From Arenimonas sp. (GTDB lineage: Bacteria > Pseudomonadota > Gammaproteobacteria > Xanthomonadales > Xanthomonadaceae): a stretch of DNA of 40,343 bases. Both the position numbers and the translations under genes were made by a program. How positions within the stretch are numbered: the first letter of the stretch is position 1; the number at the start of each line of letters is the position of its first letter. The notes under the pieces were generated by a model. The model was not told where the DNA came from and did not search any database. It worked only from the letters and a program-made list of their open reading frames with translations. The stretch lies in contig DATMWF010000013.1 of assembly GCA_035562675.1 (NCBI GenBank), positions 1 through 40,343 on the forward strand, given 5' to 3'. Positions 17,768 to 27,346 of this stretch are shown here, piece by piece.

Positions 17768-17870
17768 GGATTATTGCTTTATGATTGCCGGCTGACAAGG
17801 ATACCAAATCCGCCTGCCGACAGCCGAGCCGACGGCGGATGACACACGGTTCAGCGGTTCCGAAACCGGT

Positions 17871-19079
17871 TCAGGCAGGCGCTTTTCCGTTACCGGTCGA
17901 CAGCATGTGTTCTATTGCGGCATAAACCGCTTCGTCATTGAGCAATTCCATATGGTTCGCGCCATGCGCTATCACCCGATTTTCGGGTGGAAACGCCAAC
18001 TCCCGCAACGGATCGTTGTGGAGCCCCAATGCACTGTCCACCGGCACCAGGCCATCGCCCAATATCTTGTTGCGCAACGGGCTGTCCTGCGGCCCGGACG
18101 TTCCGGCAATCGCATAAAAGGTGATGCCTTCGGGCAATGGCGGCAAGCCGGAACCATCGGCGGCGGTTCCGCCGTGGCGCAGATCGGTGATGCCGGCACT
18201 GCGGATTTTGCCGATTTTGGCGAGAGGTGCCGCAAACGGGGTTGCACCGAGGATAAGGTCAAACCAATGCCCGCTGCGTTCCAACGGCGCGCCGTGGTGC
18301 GGTGTTCCGAGAAAAACAACCTTCCGGGCATGGCCGGCCCATGTATGTCCCGCGTTTTCGGCGTGATGGAGCGCGCTGCGGCTCACCAGCCCGCCCATGC
18401 TATGGGCGACCATGTCCACACGCTCGACCTCGACAGGCCAGGCCTTTACCAGATCCTCAAGCAGTTCCGAAAAGGTACTTCCGTTACCTGCGATATTCAG
18501 ACCGGTGTTGTAATGCAGATAGACCGTCGTGTAGCCAAGTCCATCCTGCAGCGCCAGGCCGTGATCATGCAAAGTGCCATCCGGACGCGCACGACTCCAT
18601 TGCAGGTCGTTCATGCACAAGCCATGCACCAGCACCAGGATCCTGCCGCTGGCGTCCGGAATGACACTGGACAGGGCTTGGCGGTTCAGGCTCAGCGTCT
18701 TGCCATGCCTTCTGAAGCCCATGGATATCGCGAGGGGGTTGCCGGTACCGGCCAGATGATCACCCAGCACGCCGTTGACGGCGGACTGGATATGTTCGCG
18801 TTCCGGCCGATCACTCAGCCCTGACAGGGGCGCCGCCAGGAGTTCCAGCGCCACGTCGATGCCGTAACCGGCGACACGGGTCGTGCCGCGGACCAGTTCG
18901 TAGACCCTGCCGGCCAAACCGCCGGCGCGCCCGTCCTGGCGCGTTGAGGCAATCCCGGACCGGCCGGTGATATTGTGGTGCAGGGCTTCGACCAGATCGG
19001 TGACGCCGAGGGTCGCATCGATGGCCAGGCGGCCTAGCCCGCGTAAATCGCCCGAAGTCTTCTTGAATTTTTGCGGCAT
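17871..19079 (-). CDS. Alpha/beta hydrolase (PGAP1-like lipase/esterase)
   Basis: VHGLCM, nucleophile elbow AHSMGG, LGTPHHGAPL, GDGLVPVDSA and NHMELL. Start taken at ATG 19079. Confidence 0.8.
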   Translation of the reverse strand: MPQKFKKTSGDLRGLGRLAIDATLGVTDLVEALHHNITGRSGIASTRQDGRAGGLAGRVYELVRGTTRVAGYGIDVALELLAAPLSGLSDRPEREHIQSAVNGVLGDHLAGTGNPLAISMGFRRHGKTLSLNRQALSSVIPDASGRILVLVHGLCMNDLQWSRARPDGTLHDHGLALQDGLGYTTVYLHYNTGLNIAGNGSTFSELLEDLVKAWPVEVERVDMVAHSMGGLVSRSALHHAENAGHTWAGHARKVVFLGTPHHGAPLERSGHWFDLILGATPFAAPLAKIGKIRSAGITDLRHGGTAADGSGLPPLPEGITFYAIAGTSGPQDSPLRNKILGDGLVPVDSALGLHNDPLRELAFPPENRVIAHGANHMELLNDEAVYAAIEHMLSTGNGKAPA

Positions 19080-19083
19080 GCCG

Positions 19084-20049
19084 CTATTGTGACACAGCAA
19101 TCAGCCCCAGAAGCTCCTGCGCGACGCTGGCACCGGCCAGCGCTGTGATTTCGGCGTGGTCGAACGGCGGCGATACCTCAACGACATCACAGCCGATGAC
19201 CTTGATGCCGGCCATGCCGCGGATCAGTTCCAGCGCCGTGTGCGTGTCGAAACCGCCCACCACCGGCGTGCCTGTCCCGGGCGCGAAGGCCGGATCGATG
19301 AAGTCTATGTCGAATGTCACGTAGCAGGCATGGCTGCCGACACGGGCCTTGATCGCTTCGACTGCCTTGTCCACGCCGTGCCGGTGCAGCCAACGGGCGT
19401 CCAGCACTTCGTAGCCGTGCGTATCGTCGTTGTAAGTACGCATGCCGACCTGGATGGAGCGGGATGGATCGACGATGCCCGTTTTGGCGGCCTGGTAGAA
19501 CATCGTGCCGTGATCGATGCGCTCGCCGTCGTCCTGCCAGGTGTCGCAGTGGGCATCGAAATGGATCAGCGACAGCGGACCGTGCTTTTTCGCCAAGGCC
19601 TGCAGGATGGGATAACTGATGAAGTGGTCGCCGCCGAGCGTCAAAGGAATGACGTCGGCTTCGACGAACGCGTCATAGGCCTCGGTTATCCGCGCCGGCG
19701 CGCCGGAAATGTGGCCGGAATCGAAAAACACATCGCCCCAGTCGATGACATGCAGCTTGTCGAGCGGGTCGAAACCCCAGGCATACGGCTGGCACCAGGC
19801 CAGCATGGTGGAGGCGGCGCGGACGGCGCGGGGTCCGAAACGGGTGCCCGGCCGGCCGGTGGTGGCCACGTCGAACGGTACGCCGACCACCGCGACATCG
19901 ACGCCGTCGAGGTCTTTCGTGTAGCGGCGGCGCAGGAAACTGGTGGCGCCGGCATAGGTCGGTTCGGCATGGGTGCCGTACGGGGAAGGGCGAGTGAACG
20001 CCTGGTCGGACACGGTTGGCGTGGCGGAGGATTGTTTGTTCGAGGACAT
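19084..20049 (-). CDS. speB: Agmatinase (ureohydrolase family)
   Basis: GVPFD, RPGTRFGP, LGGDH, HFDAHCDT and FDIDFIDPAFAPGTGTP. Start ATG 20049 after GGAG. Exact substrate is not certain. Confidence 0.85.
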   Translation of the reverse strand: MSSNKQSSATPTVSDQAFTRPSPYGTHAEPTYAGATSFLRRRYTKDLDGVDVAVVGVPFDVATTGRPGTRFGPRAVRAASTMLAWCQPYAWGFDPLDKLHVIDWGDVFFDSGHISGAPARITEAYDAFVEADVIPLTLGGDHFISYPILQALAKKHGPLSLIHFDAHCDTWQDDGERIDHGTMFYQAAKTGIVDPSRSIQVGMRTYNDDTHGYEVLDARWLHRHGVDKAVEAIKARVGSHACYVTFDIDFIDPAFAPGTGTPVVGGFDTHTALELIRGMAGIKVIGCDVVEVSPPFDHAEITALAGASVAQELLGLIAVSQ

Positions 20050-20151
20050 CGGTGGGCTCCAGGCTAAGCAGTCCACTCGTCGTTCCTTGCGCGAAGCAAT
20101 CGCCGGGACGAGCGTCACCGGTCTTTCGCCCGCCAGGCGGGCCCTTTCGGT

Positions 20152-21651
20152 TTACTTCATGGTCGGCATGCTGAACTCGGCGCCCTGGCGGATGCCGGTC
20201 GGCCAGCGTGCGGTAATGGTTTTCAGGCGCGTGTAGAAACGGACGCCATCGGTGCCGTGCATATGCAGCGGTCCGAACAGGGAGCGTTTCCAGCCGCCGA
20301 AGCTGTGGAAGGCCATCGGTACCGGTATCGGCACGTTGATGCCGACCATGCCGACCTGGATGGTATGGCTGAACTGGCGCGCGGCATCGCCGTCACGGGT
20401 GAAGATGGCCGTGCCGTTGCCGTATTCGTGATCATTGATCAATTGGCAGGCCGTGTTGAAGTCAGGCACCCGAACGATGCACAGCACCGGTCCGAAGATC
20501 TCTTCCTGATAGATTTTCATGTCCGGCCGGACGTGGTCGAACAGCGTGCCGCCCAGGAAAAAACCCTGTTCATGGCCTGCGACCTGCAGGCCTCGGCCGT
20601 CCACCAATACCGTGGCACCGTCGGCTTCGCCGGAATCGATGTAGCCCTTGACCTTGTCGCGGTGCTGGCAGGTCACCAACGGTCCCATGTCGGGATTGTC
20701 GACGGCGCCCGGGCCGACCCGTAGGTCCTGCACCAAAGGCTTGAGTTTCGAAATCAAGGACTCGGCGGCGGCATCCCCGACACAGACGGCGACCGAAATC
20801 GCCATGCAGCGTTCGCCGGCTGATCCGTAACCGGCGCCGAGCAGGGCATTCGCGGCCTGGTCCATGTCCGCGTCCGGCATGACCACCATATGGTTCTTGG
20901 CGCCTCCCAGGGCCTGCACGCGCTTGCCGGCGGCGGAGCCGCGCGCATAGATGTATTCGGCGATCGGCGTCGAACCGACGAAGCTGACCGCCTGCACGCG
21001 CGGATCATCCAGCAGCACGTCGACGGCTTCCTTGTCGCCGTGCACGACATTGAATACGCCGTCCGGCAGGCCGGCTTCCTTCAGCAGGCGGGCGAGGATC
21101 AGGGTCGGGGTCGGATCGCGCTCGGACGGTTTCAGCACGAAGGTATTGCCGCAGGCGATGGCGATCGGGAACATCCACATCGGCACCATGCACGGGAAGT
21201 TGAACGGCGTGATGCCGGCGACCACGCCGAGCGGCGCGTATTCGCTGTAGCTGTCCACGCCGGTGCCGACGTTCATCGAATGCTCGCCTTTCTGCAGATG
21301 CGGGATGCCGCAGGCGAATTCGACGACTTCCAGACCACGGGTCAATTCGCCTTTGGCATCGGAAAACACCTTGCCGTGCTCCAGCGTGATCGCCATGGCG
21401 ATTTCATCGGCGTGCTTCTCGAGCAGTTCCTTGTACTTGAACAGCACCCGCGCCCGGTTCAGCGGCGTCGTGGCGGCCCAGGCGGGAAAAGCCGCCTGCG
21501 CGGAGGTGATGGCTGATTCCACATCCGCCCTGGATGCCAATGGCACGCGGCCGGTCACTTGACCGGTAGCGGGATTGAACACATCGGAAGCGCGTTGGCT
21601 GTCGCCGGACACGTTCCGGCCATGGATGAAATGCGGAATCAGGTTGCTCAT
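20152..21651 (-). CDS. mmsA: CoA-acylating (methyl)malonate-semialdehyde dehydrogenase
   Basis: [39 protein letters not shown] and INVPIPVP. Confidence 0.93.
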   Translation of the reverse strand: MSNLIPHFIHGRNVSGDSQRASDVFNPATGQVTGRVPLASRADVESAITSAQAAFPAWAATTPLNRARVLFKYKELLEKHADEIAMAITLEHGKVFSDAKGELTRGLEVVEFACGIPHLQKGEHSMNVGTGVDSYSEYAPLGVVAGITPFNFPCMVPMWMFPIAIACGNTFVLKPSERDPTPTLILARLLKEAGLPDGVFNVVHGDKEAVDVLLDDPRVQAVSFVGSTPIAEYIYARGSAAGKRVQALGGAKNHMVVMPDADMDQAANALLGAGYGSAGERCMAISVAVCVGDAAAESLISKLKPLVQDLRVGPGAVDNPDMGPLVTCQHRDKVKGYIDSGEADGATVLVDGRGLQVAGHEQGFFLGGTLFDHVRPDMKIYQEEIFGPVLCIVRVPDFNTACQLINDHEYGNGTAIFTRDGDAARQFSHTIQVGMVGINVPIPVPMAFHSFGGWKRSLFGPLHMHGTDGVRFYTRLKTITARWPTGIRQGAEFSMPTMK

Positions 21652-21665
21652 GGTCGTTCAGGCCG

Positions 21666-22784
21666 TCAGTCGTTCAGTGCTTCAGCGGCGGAAACATAAG
21701 GCAGGCCCAGATCTTCGGCAACGGCTTGATAGGTGACTTTGCCGGCGTGTACATTCAGGCCGGCCAGCAGGTGCGGGTCGGCCAACAGCGCGGCTTTGGC
21801 GCCTTTGTTGGCGATCTGCACCGCGAACGGCAAGGTGGCATTGGTCAAGGCGAACGTGGACGTACGGGCCACGCCGCCCGGCATGTTGGCCACGCAGTAA
21901 TGGATGACGCCGTCGACCTCATAGGTCGGATTCTGGTGGGTGGTGGCTTTCGAGGTTTCGAAGCAGCCGCCCTGATCGATGGCGACGTCCACCAGCACGG
22001 AGCCCGGACGCATGAGCTTCAATTGCTCGCGGGACACCAGTTTCGGAGCCGCCGCACCGGGAATCAGCACCGCGCCGATGACCAGATCGGTGTCCGGCAG
22101 GCGTTCCTCGATGGCGTCGTGGGTTGAATAAATGGTGGTGATCCGGTCACCGTAAAGCTCATCAAGGTATTTCAGGCGGTCCAGTGACCGGTCAAGGATG
22201 GTCACGTGCGCGCCAAGACCCATGGCCATGCGGGCGGCGTTGATGCCGACCACGCCGCCGCCGATGACCAGCACTTCCGCCGGTTTCACGCCAGGGACGC
22301 CGCCGAGCAGGACGCCGGAGCCGCCTTGGGCCTTTTCCAGCGCGTGCGCGCCGGCCTGGATCGACATACGGCCGGCCACTTCAGACATCGGAGCCAGCAG
22401 CGGCAGGCCGCCTTTGCGGTCGGTGACGGTTTCGTAGGCGATGGCGGTGCAGCCGGAGGCCACCAGGGCCTTGGTCTGTTCCGGATCCGGCGCCAGATGC
22501 AGGTAGGTATAAAGGATCTGGCCCGGTCGCAGCATGGCGCACTCCACCGGCTGCGGCTCCTTGACCTTGATGATCATGTCCGCGCGCTTGAAGATCTCTT
22601 CCGCGCTATCGACGATTTCGGCACCGGCTTTTTCATACTGTTCGTTGGTCAGGCCGATCGACTTTCCGCCATCGCGCTGCACCATGACCTGATGTCCGTT
22701 GGCGATCAGTTCGCGGGCGCCGGATGGGGTCAGGCCGATGCGGTATTCGTGGTTCTTGATTTCTTTAGGTACGCCGATAAGCAT
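21666..22784 (-). CDS. ald: Alanine dehydrogenase
   Basis: [39 protein letters not shown] and YCVANMPG. Confidence 0.96.
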   Translation of the reverse strand: MLIGVPKEIKNHEYRIGLTPSGARELIANGHQVMVQRDGGKSIGLTNEQYEKAGAEIVDSAEEIFKRADMIIKVKEPQPVECAMLRPGQILYTYLHLAPDPEQTKALVASGCTAIAYETVTDRKGGLPLLAPMSEVAGRMSIQAGAHALEKAQGGSGVLLGGVPGVKPAEVLVIGGGVVGINAARMAMGLGAHVTILDRSLDRLKYLDELYGDRITTIYSTHDAIEERLPDTDLVIGAVLIPGAAAPKLVSREQLKLMRPGSVLVDVAIDQGGCFETSKATTHQNPTYEVDGVIHYCVANMPGGVARTSTFALTNATLPFAVQIANKGAKAALLADPHLLAGLNVHAGKVTYQAVAEDLGLPYVSAAEALND

Positions 22785-22814
22785 GGGAAGCTCCGAATTT
22801 CGTGGTGTGGGGGT

Positions 22815-24176
22815 TTAAGCGGTTTCTTTGATCGCGTCGGCAATTTTACTGAAAAGCTCGTCGATGTGGGTTTTTTCCAGTATCAACGGCGGGGACAGGG
22901 CGATGACATCGCCGGTCACCCGGATCAAAACGTCTTTACGGTGGAAGCAGTTGGTGAAGACATCATAGGCGCGCGCGCCGGGTTTGCCGTCACGCGGCGC
23001 CATTTCAACCGCGCCGATCAGTCCGACGTTGCGGATGTCGATGACGTTCGGCAGGCCTTTCAGGTTGTGTATGGCATCCTGCCAGTACTGTTCCAGATCG
23101 ATGGCTTTCTGGAACAGGTTTTCCTCTTCGTAGATGTCGATGCTGGCCAGCGCCGCTGCGCAGGCCAGAGGATGGCCGGAATACGTGTAGCCATGGAACA
23201 GGTCGATCATGTTCTCCGGGCAGCTCATGAACGCCTGATGGATTTTATCGGACACGAACACCGCGCCCATCGGAACGCAGCCGTTGGTCAGGCCTTTGGC
23301 GGTGGTGATCAGGTCCGGGGTGACCTCGAAGCGCTGCGCGGCGAATGCCTTCCCGACCCGGCCGTAACCGGTGATGACTTCATCGAATATCAGCAATATG
23401 CCGTGCTTGTCGCATATTTCACGGATACGCTTCAGATAGCCGTCCGGCGGGATGATCACGCCGGCGGAGCCCGCGATGGGCTCGATGATGACGGCGGCGA
23501 TCGTGCTGGCATCATGCAATGCCACCATGCGCTCCAGATCTTCGGCCAATTCCAGGCCATAGGGCGGCAGGCCTTTGCTGAATGCGTTGCGTTCGATGTC
23601 CAAGGTGTGGCGCAGGTGATCAACGCCTGGCAGCAATGTGCCATACCATTTGCGGTTGTTTGGCAGGCCGCCGACGGAAATGCCGCCGAAACCGACGCCG
23701 TGGTAGCCTTTTTCGCGGCCGATCAGGCGGGTGCGTTGGCCTTCGCCGCGGGCACGGTGATAGGCCAGCGCGATTTTCAGGGCGGTATCCACGGATTCCG
23801 AACCGGAATTGGTGAAAAACAGGTGCTTCAAGCCTTCCGGTGCGATAGCGGCCAAGCGTTCAGCCAAGACAAAGGGCAGCGGATGGCCCATTTGAAAGGT
23901 CGGCGCGAAATCCAGGGTGGCGATCTGCTGCTGCACGGCATCAATGATCCGTTTGCGGCCGTGTCCTGCGTTGCAGCACCAAAGGCCGCCGGTACCGTCC
24001 AGGATGGTTCTGCCATCGGTGCTCTTGTAATACATGCCTTCCGCGCTGGCTAACAGGCGCGGATTCTGCTTGAACTGGCGGTTGGCTGAGAACGGCATCC
24101 AGAAGGCATCCATATGATCCGGCTGCTGGGTGGCTTGCGTATGATAATGCTCGGAATAAGAGATTTTATCGTTCAT
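22815..24176 (-). CDS. Omega-amino acid (beta-alanine):pyruvate aminotransferase, class III PLP (BauA-like)
   Basis: FWMPFSANRQFK, GLWCCNAGH, NSGSES, GYHGVGFGG, FDEVITGYGR, TAKGLTNG and HGYTYSGHP. Start uncertain; ATG 24176 chosen. Confidence 0.9.
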   Translation of the reverse strand: MNDKISYSEHYHTQATQQPDHMDAFWMPFSANRQFKQNPRLLASAEGMYYKSTDGRTILDGTGGLWCCNAGHGRKRIIDAVQQQIATLDFAPTFQMGHPLPFVLAERLAAIAPEGLKHLFFTNSGSESVDTALKIALAYHRARGEGQRTRLIGREKGYHGVGFGGISVGGLPNNRKWYGTLLPGVDHLRHTLDIERNAFSKGLPPYGLELAEDLERMVALHDASTIAAVIIEPIAGSAGVIIPPDGYLKRIREICDKHGILLIFDEVITGYGRVGKAFAAQRFEVTPDLITTAKGLTNGCVPMGAVFVSDKIHQAFMSCPENMIDLFHGYTYSGHPLACAAALASIDIYEEENLFQKAIDLEQYWQDAIHNLKGLPNVIDIRNVGLIGAVEMAPRDGKPGARAYDVFTNCFHRKDVLIRVTGDVIALSPPLILEKTHIDELFSKIADAIKETA

Positions 24177-24216
24177 GATCAGGGCATGTTTTGGGCGGTT
24201 GAAAGACACTATACCC

Positions 24217-24304
24217 TGTTGAATAAATTTTACAATAGTCGGAATTGTAAATTATATTTACATATAGATTGACCCTAATTCGAATAAGTGTTAAATATTC
24301 AACA
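24217..24304. promoter_or_regulatory. Divergent AT-rich control region with three TGT-N-ACA palindromes (putative PuuR/PauR operators)
   Basis: TGTTGAATAAATTTTACA (24217-24234), TGTAAATTATATTTACA (24246-24262) and TGTTAAATATTCAACA (24289-24304). Confidence 0.65.
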
Positions 24305-24330
24305 TCACATTTGACGTCTTTGAATTACCC

Positions 24331-24879
24331 ATGAATATCGGTTTACGGCTTCAGGAAGTCCGCCACAAAAAGGGCTTGAGCCAGCGCGAGCTGGCGAAAC
24401 GGGTCGGGGTCACCAACAGCACCATTTCCCTGATCGAACAGAACAAGGTCAGCCCATCCATCAGCTCGCTTAAAAAGGTCCTGGATGGCATCCCCATTTC
24501 CCTGGCGGATTTCTTCACCGTCGATGCCGACGCCAAAACCAGCGACTCGCCGTTTTACAGCAAGGACGATCTGCTGGATGTCGGCAATGGCGAAATCCAC
24601 TATTACCTGATCGGCCAGAACAGGCCCCAGCGCCAGATGTGCATCCTGCGGGAGGTCATGCCGCCGGGCTCCGACACCGGCAAGGACATGCTGCAGCACG
24701 AGGGCGAAGAGGGCGGGGTGATCATCCAAGGCGAGATCGAGCTGACCGTGGCCAACCAGGTCCGCGTTCTGGGGCCAGGTGACGCCTATTACTTCGAGAG
24801 CAAAACCCCGCACCGGTTCCGCAATATCGGCAAGACCGAAGCCATCCTGGTCAGCGCCAATACCCCCGCCACATTCTGA
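24331..24879 (+). CDS. puuR: XRE-HTH plus cupin transcriptional regulator (PuuR/PauR-like)
   Basis: GLSQRELAKRVGVTNSTISLIEQNKVSPS, followed by cupin HEGEEGG...GDAYYF...PHRFRN. Confidence 0.85.
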   Translation: MNIGLRLQEVRHKKGLSQRELAKRVGVTNSTISLIEQNKVSPSISSLKKVLDGIPISLADFFTVDADAKTSDSPFYSKDDLLDVGNGEIHYYLIGQNRPQRQMCILREVMPPGSDTGKDMLQHEGEEGGVIIQGEIELTVANQVRVLGPGDAYYFESKTPHRFRNIGKTEAILVSANTPATF

Positions 24880-24907
24880 AACTCCATCATCATATCAAGA
24901 GCACTTT

Positions 24908-26410
24908 ATGAGCAAATCCCTGACCCGTACCGATTGGGAAGCCAAAGCCAAGGCATTGTCGATCCGCAGCCAGGCGTTCATCAACGGGCATTACGTGGAT
25001 GCCGCTTCCGGCAAGACTTTCAGCTGCATCAGTCCCATCGATGGCATTTGCCTGTCCCAGGTCGCGGAATGCGGACAGGAGGACATCGAACGGGCGGTGA
25101 AAGCCGCGCGCACCGCGTTCGATTCCGGCAGCTGGTCGGAAGCGTCGCCGGTGCACCGCAAGAAAACCCTGCAGAAATTTGCCCTGCTGATCGAAAAGCA
25201 TGCCGAAGAACTGGCCCTGCTCGAATCGATCGACATGGGCAAGCCGGTCGCCGACGCACTGTCCATCGACGTATCGGCCAGCGTACGCTGCCTGAACTGG
25301 ACCGCCGAGGCGGTCGACAAGGTCTATGGTGAAATCGCGCCGACCCCGAATCATGAGCTGGGCCTGATCACCCGCGAACCGCTGGGTGTGATCGGCGCCA
25401 TCGTGCCCTGGAACTTCCCGCTGCTGATGGCGACCTGGAAGTACGCGCCGGCCTTGGCTGCCGGCAATTCAGTCATCCTGAAGCCGTCCGAGAAATCTCC
25501 TCTGTCGGCCATCCGCATCGCCGAACTGGCGATGGAGGCGGGCATCCCCGCCGGCGTGTTCAATGTCGTGCCCGGCTTCGGCAAGGGCGCCGGCGAACCG
25601 CTGGCGCTGCACATGGATGTCGATGGGCTGGTGTTCACCGGCTCGACCGGGGTGGGCAAACACCTTCTGCAATGCGCCGGGCGCTCCAACATGAAACGCG
25701 CCTTCATGGAATGCGGCGGCAAAAGTCCGAATCTGGTATTCGCCGACGCGCCTGACCTGGAAGAGGCGGCCAAAGCGGCGGCCATCGGCATTTTCTTCAA
25801 CCAGGGCGAGGTCTGCACCGCGGCTTCCCGTCTTCTGGTGGAGCGTTCGATAAAAGACGACTTCGTCAAAATGGTGGTCGAGGCCGGTAAAAACCTGCAC
25901 CCCATGCACCCATTCGATCCGGGCGCGCCGATGGGCGCCATCGTCGACGAAGGGCAGATGAACCGGGTGCTGGAATACATCGAGAAAGGCAAAAACGAGG
26001 GCGCTCAGCTGGTTCTGGGCGGCGAGCGGGTGATGACCGAAACCGGAGGGTATTACGTAGCGCCGACCGTGTTCAATGAAGTGGCGCATGAAATGAGCAT
26101 ATCCAAGGAAGAGATCTTCGGACCGGTGCTGTCGGTCATCGGCTTTGACAGCGAGGAAGAAGCCGTCCGCATCGCCAACGACAGCGACTTCGGCCTGGCT
26201 GCCGGCGTCTGGACCCAGAACCTGAGCAAAGCCCACCGTGTCGCCAGGAAACTCCGCGCCGGAAGCGTCTGGGTGAACTACTGGGATGGCGGTGACATGA
26301 CCGCCCCGTTCGGCGGCTTCAAGCAGTCCGGCAACGGCCGCGACAAATCCCTGCACGCATTCGAAAAATACACCGAACTGAAAGCCACTTGGATCAATCT
26401 TAAAGCCTGA
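24908..26410 (+). CDS. puuC: Aldehyde dehydrogenase, PuuC/PauC-like (gamma-glutamyl-gamma-aminobutyraldehyde dehydrogenase)
   Basis: Start ATG 24908. EAVDKVYGEIAPT, IVPWNFP, LKPSEKSPLS, ECGGKSPN, NQGEVCTA and GRDKSLHAFEKYTELKATWI. Confidence 0.85.
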   Translation: MSKSLTRTDWEAKAKALSIRSQAFINGHYVDAASGKTFSCISPIDGICLSQVAECGQEDIERAVKAARTAFDSGSWSEASPVHRKKTLQKFALLIEKHAEELALLESIDMGKPVADALSIDVSASVRCLNWTAEAVDKVYGEIAPTPNHELGLITREPLGVIGAIVPWNFPLLMATWKYAPALAAGNSVILKPSEKSPLSAIRIAELAMEAGIPAGVFNVVPGFGKGAGEPLALHMDVDGLVFTGSTGVGKHLLQCAGRSNMKRAFMECGGKSPNLVFADAPDLEEAAKAAAIGIFFNQGEVCTAASRLLVERSIKDDFVKMVVEAGKNLHPMHPFDPGAPMGAIVDEGQMNRVLEYIEKGKNEGAQLVLGGERVMTETGGYYVAPTVFNEVAHEMSISKEEIFGPVLSVIGFDSEEEAVRIANDSDFGLAAGVWTQNLSKAHRVARKLRAGSVWVNYWDGGDMTAPFGGFKQSGNGRDKSLHAFEKYTELKATWINLKA

Positions 26411-27084
26411 TGAGCGCCCCTGTCCGAATATTGATACACGGCGCCAACGGGCGTATGGGCCAGGCATTGATCCGCCTGGCGCAGGCCAATCCGCTGCTGC
26501 GCGTGGTGGCCGGCACCGGACGCGCCGATCTTGCGCGCCTGGACGGCGTGCCGGAGTTCGATGTAGCCGTCGATTTCAGCTCGCCAGAAGGGTTTGACGC
26601 CATCCTGGCGGTCTGCATCGAACGAAGGAAAGCCCTGATCAGCGGCACCACCGGCCTGTCGGAACCGCAGTTCAACGCGTTGCAGACCGCCGGCATGCTG
26701 ATTCCCGTTCTCTGGGCATCCAATTTTTCCCTCGGCGTCGCGGTGCTCAGCCAATTGACGGCACAAGCCGGGCGCTGGCTGAAACACTGGAATATCGACA
26801 TCATCGAATCCCATCATATCCACAAAAAGGACGCGCCGTCCGGTACCGCACTGAGTCTGGGGCAGGTCGCCCATGGCGCATCGGGTACGGAGCCGAATTA
26901 CCATTCCCTGCGCTGCGGCGACGTGGTCGGCGAACACACCGTGCAGTTCACCGGCATCGGCGAGCGCATCGAACTGACGCACCGGGCCACCAACCGTGAC
27001 ATCTTCGCGCAGGGCGCCCTGTTCGCCGCCGAGAAAATCAGCTCGAAAATGAACGGACACTACCAATTTGCGGACCTTCTGTAG
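26410..27084 (+). CDS. dapB: 4-hydroxy-tetrahydrodipicolinate reductase
   Basis: GANGRMG, VDFS, SGTTG, ASNFSLG, ESHHIHKKDAPSGTA and GEHTV. Confidence 0.93.
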   Translation: MSAPVRILIHGANGRMGQALIRLAQANPLLRVVAGTGRADLARLDGVPEFDVAVDFSSPEGFDAILAVCIERRKALISGTTGLSEPQFNALQTAGMLIPVLWASNFSLGVAVLSQLTAQAGRWLKHWNIDIIESHHIHKKDAPSGTALSLGQVAHGASGTEPNYHSLRCGDVVGEHTVQFTGIGERIELTHRATNRDIFAQGALFAAEKISSKMNGHYQFADLL

Positions 27085-27114
27085 CTGAAAAAACCGCAGG
27101 ATTTACCGCTATCC

Positions 27115-27123
27115 TGTTATAAT
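27115..27123 (+). promoter_or_regulatory. Extended -10 promoter for the riboswitch-gcvP unit
   Basis: TGTTATAAT about 10 nt upstream of aptamer 1. Confidence 0.6.
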
Positions 27124-27133
27124 TGCTTGCCGT

Positions 27134-27282
27134 GCGGGAGAGATTGGACTCCCAACGCCGAAGGAGCAACCGCCCCGGAAACTCTCAGGCAAAAGAACCG
27201 CCGGTGTGGACACTCTGAAAAACGGCGCCGCTGATGCGGAACGCCTGCCGACGGGATAACACTCTCAGGCACACAGACAGAG
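27134..27282 (+). ncRNA. Tandem glycine riboswitch
   Basis: Aptamer 1: GGGAGAG...GCCGAAGGAGCAA...AAACTCTCAGGCAAAAGAACCGC (27134-27201). Aptamer 2: CTCTG...GCCGACGGGA...ACTCTCAGGC...GACAGAG (27213-27282). Directly upstream of gcvP. Confidence 0.92.
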
Positions 27283-27346
27283 GGGGCGCCGATGCCGAGC
27301 AGGCTTATGTTTGGCATATCGATGCGCGCCCACTCCGAGACCAGTC

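Noticed and set aside
17800-17870. Short GCCGA repeats and an ATCCGCC/GGCGGAT stem between the hydrolase and ABC genes
   Set aside because: Single copy with no repeat-spacer periodicity, so not CRISPR or a demonstrable REP; at most a weak terminator.
22206-24053. 615-aa plus-strand ORF
   Set aside because: Antisense shadow of ald and the aminotransferase; no motifs. Long antisense frames are expected with GC-biased codon usage.
27097-27116. CAGGAT-N8-ATCCTG dyad before the gcvP promoter
   Set aside because: A 6-bp arm seen once; cannot be distinguished from chance or a weak dapB terminator.
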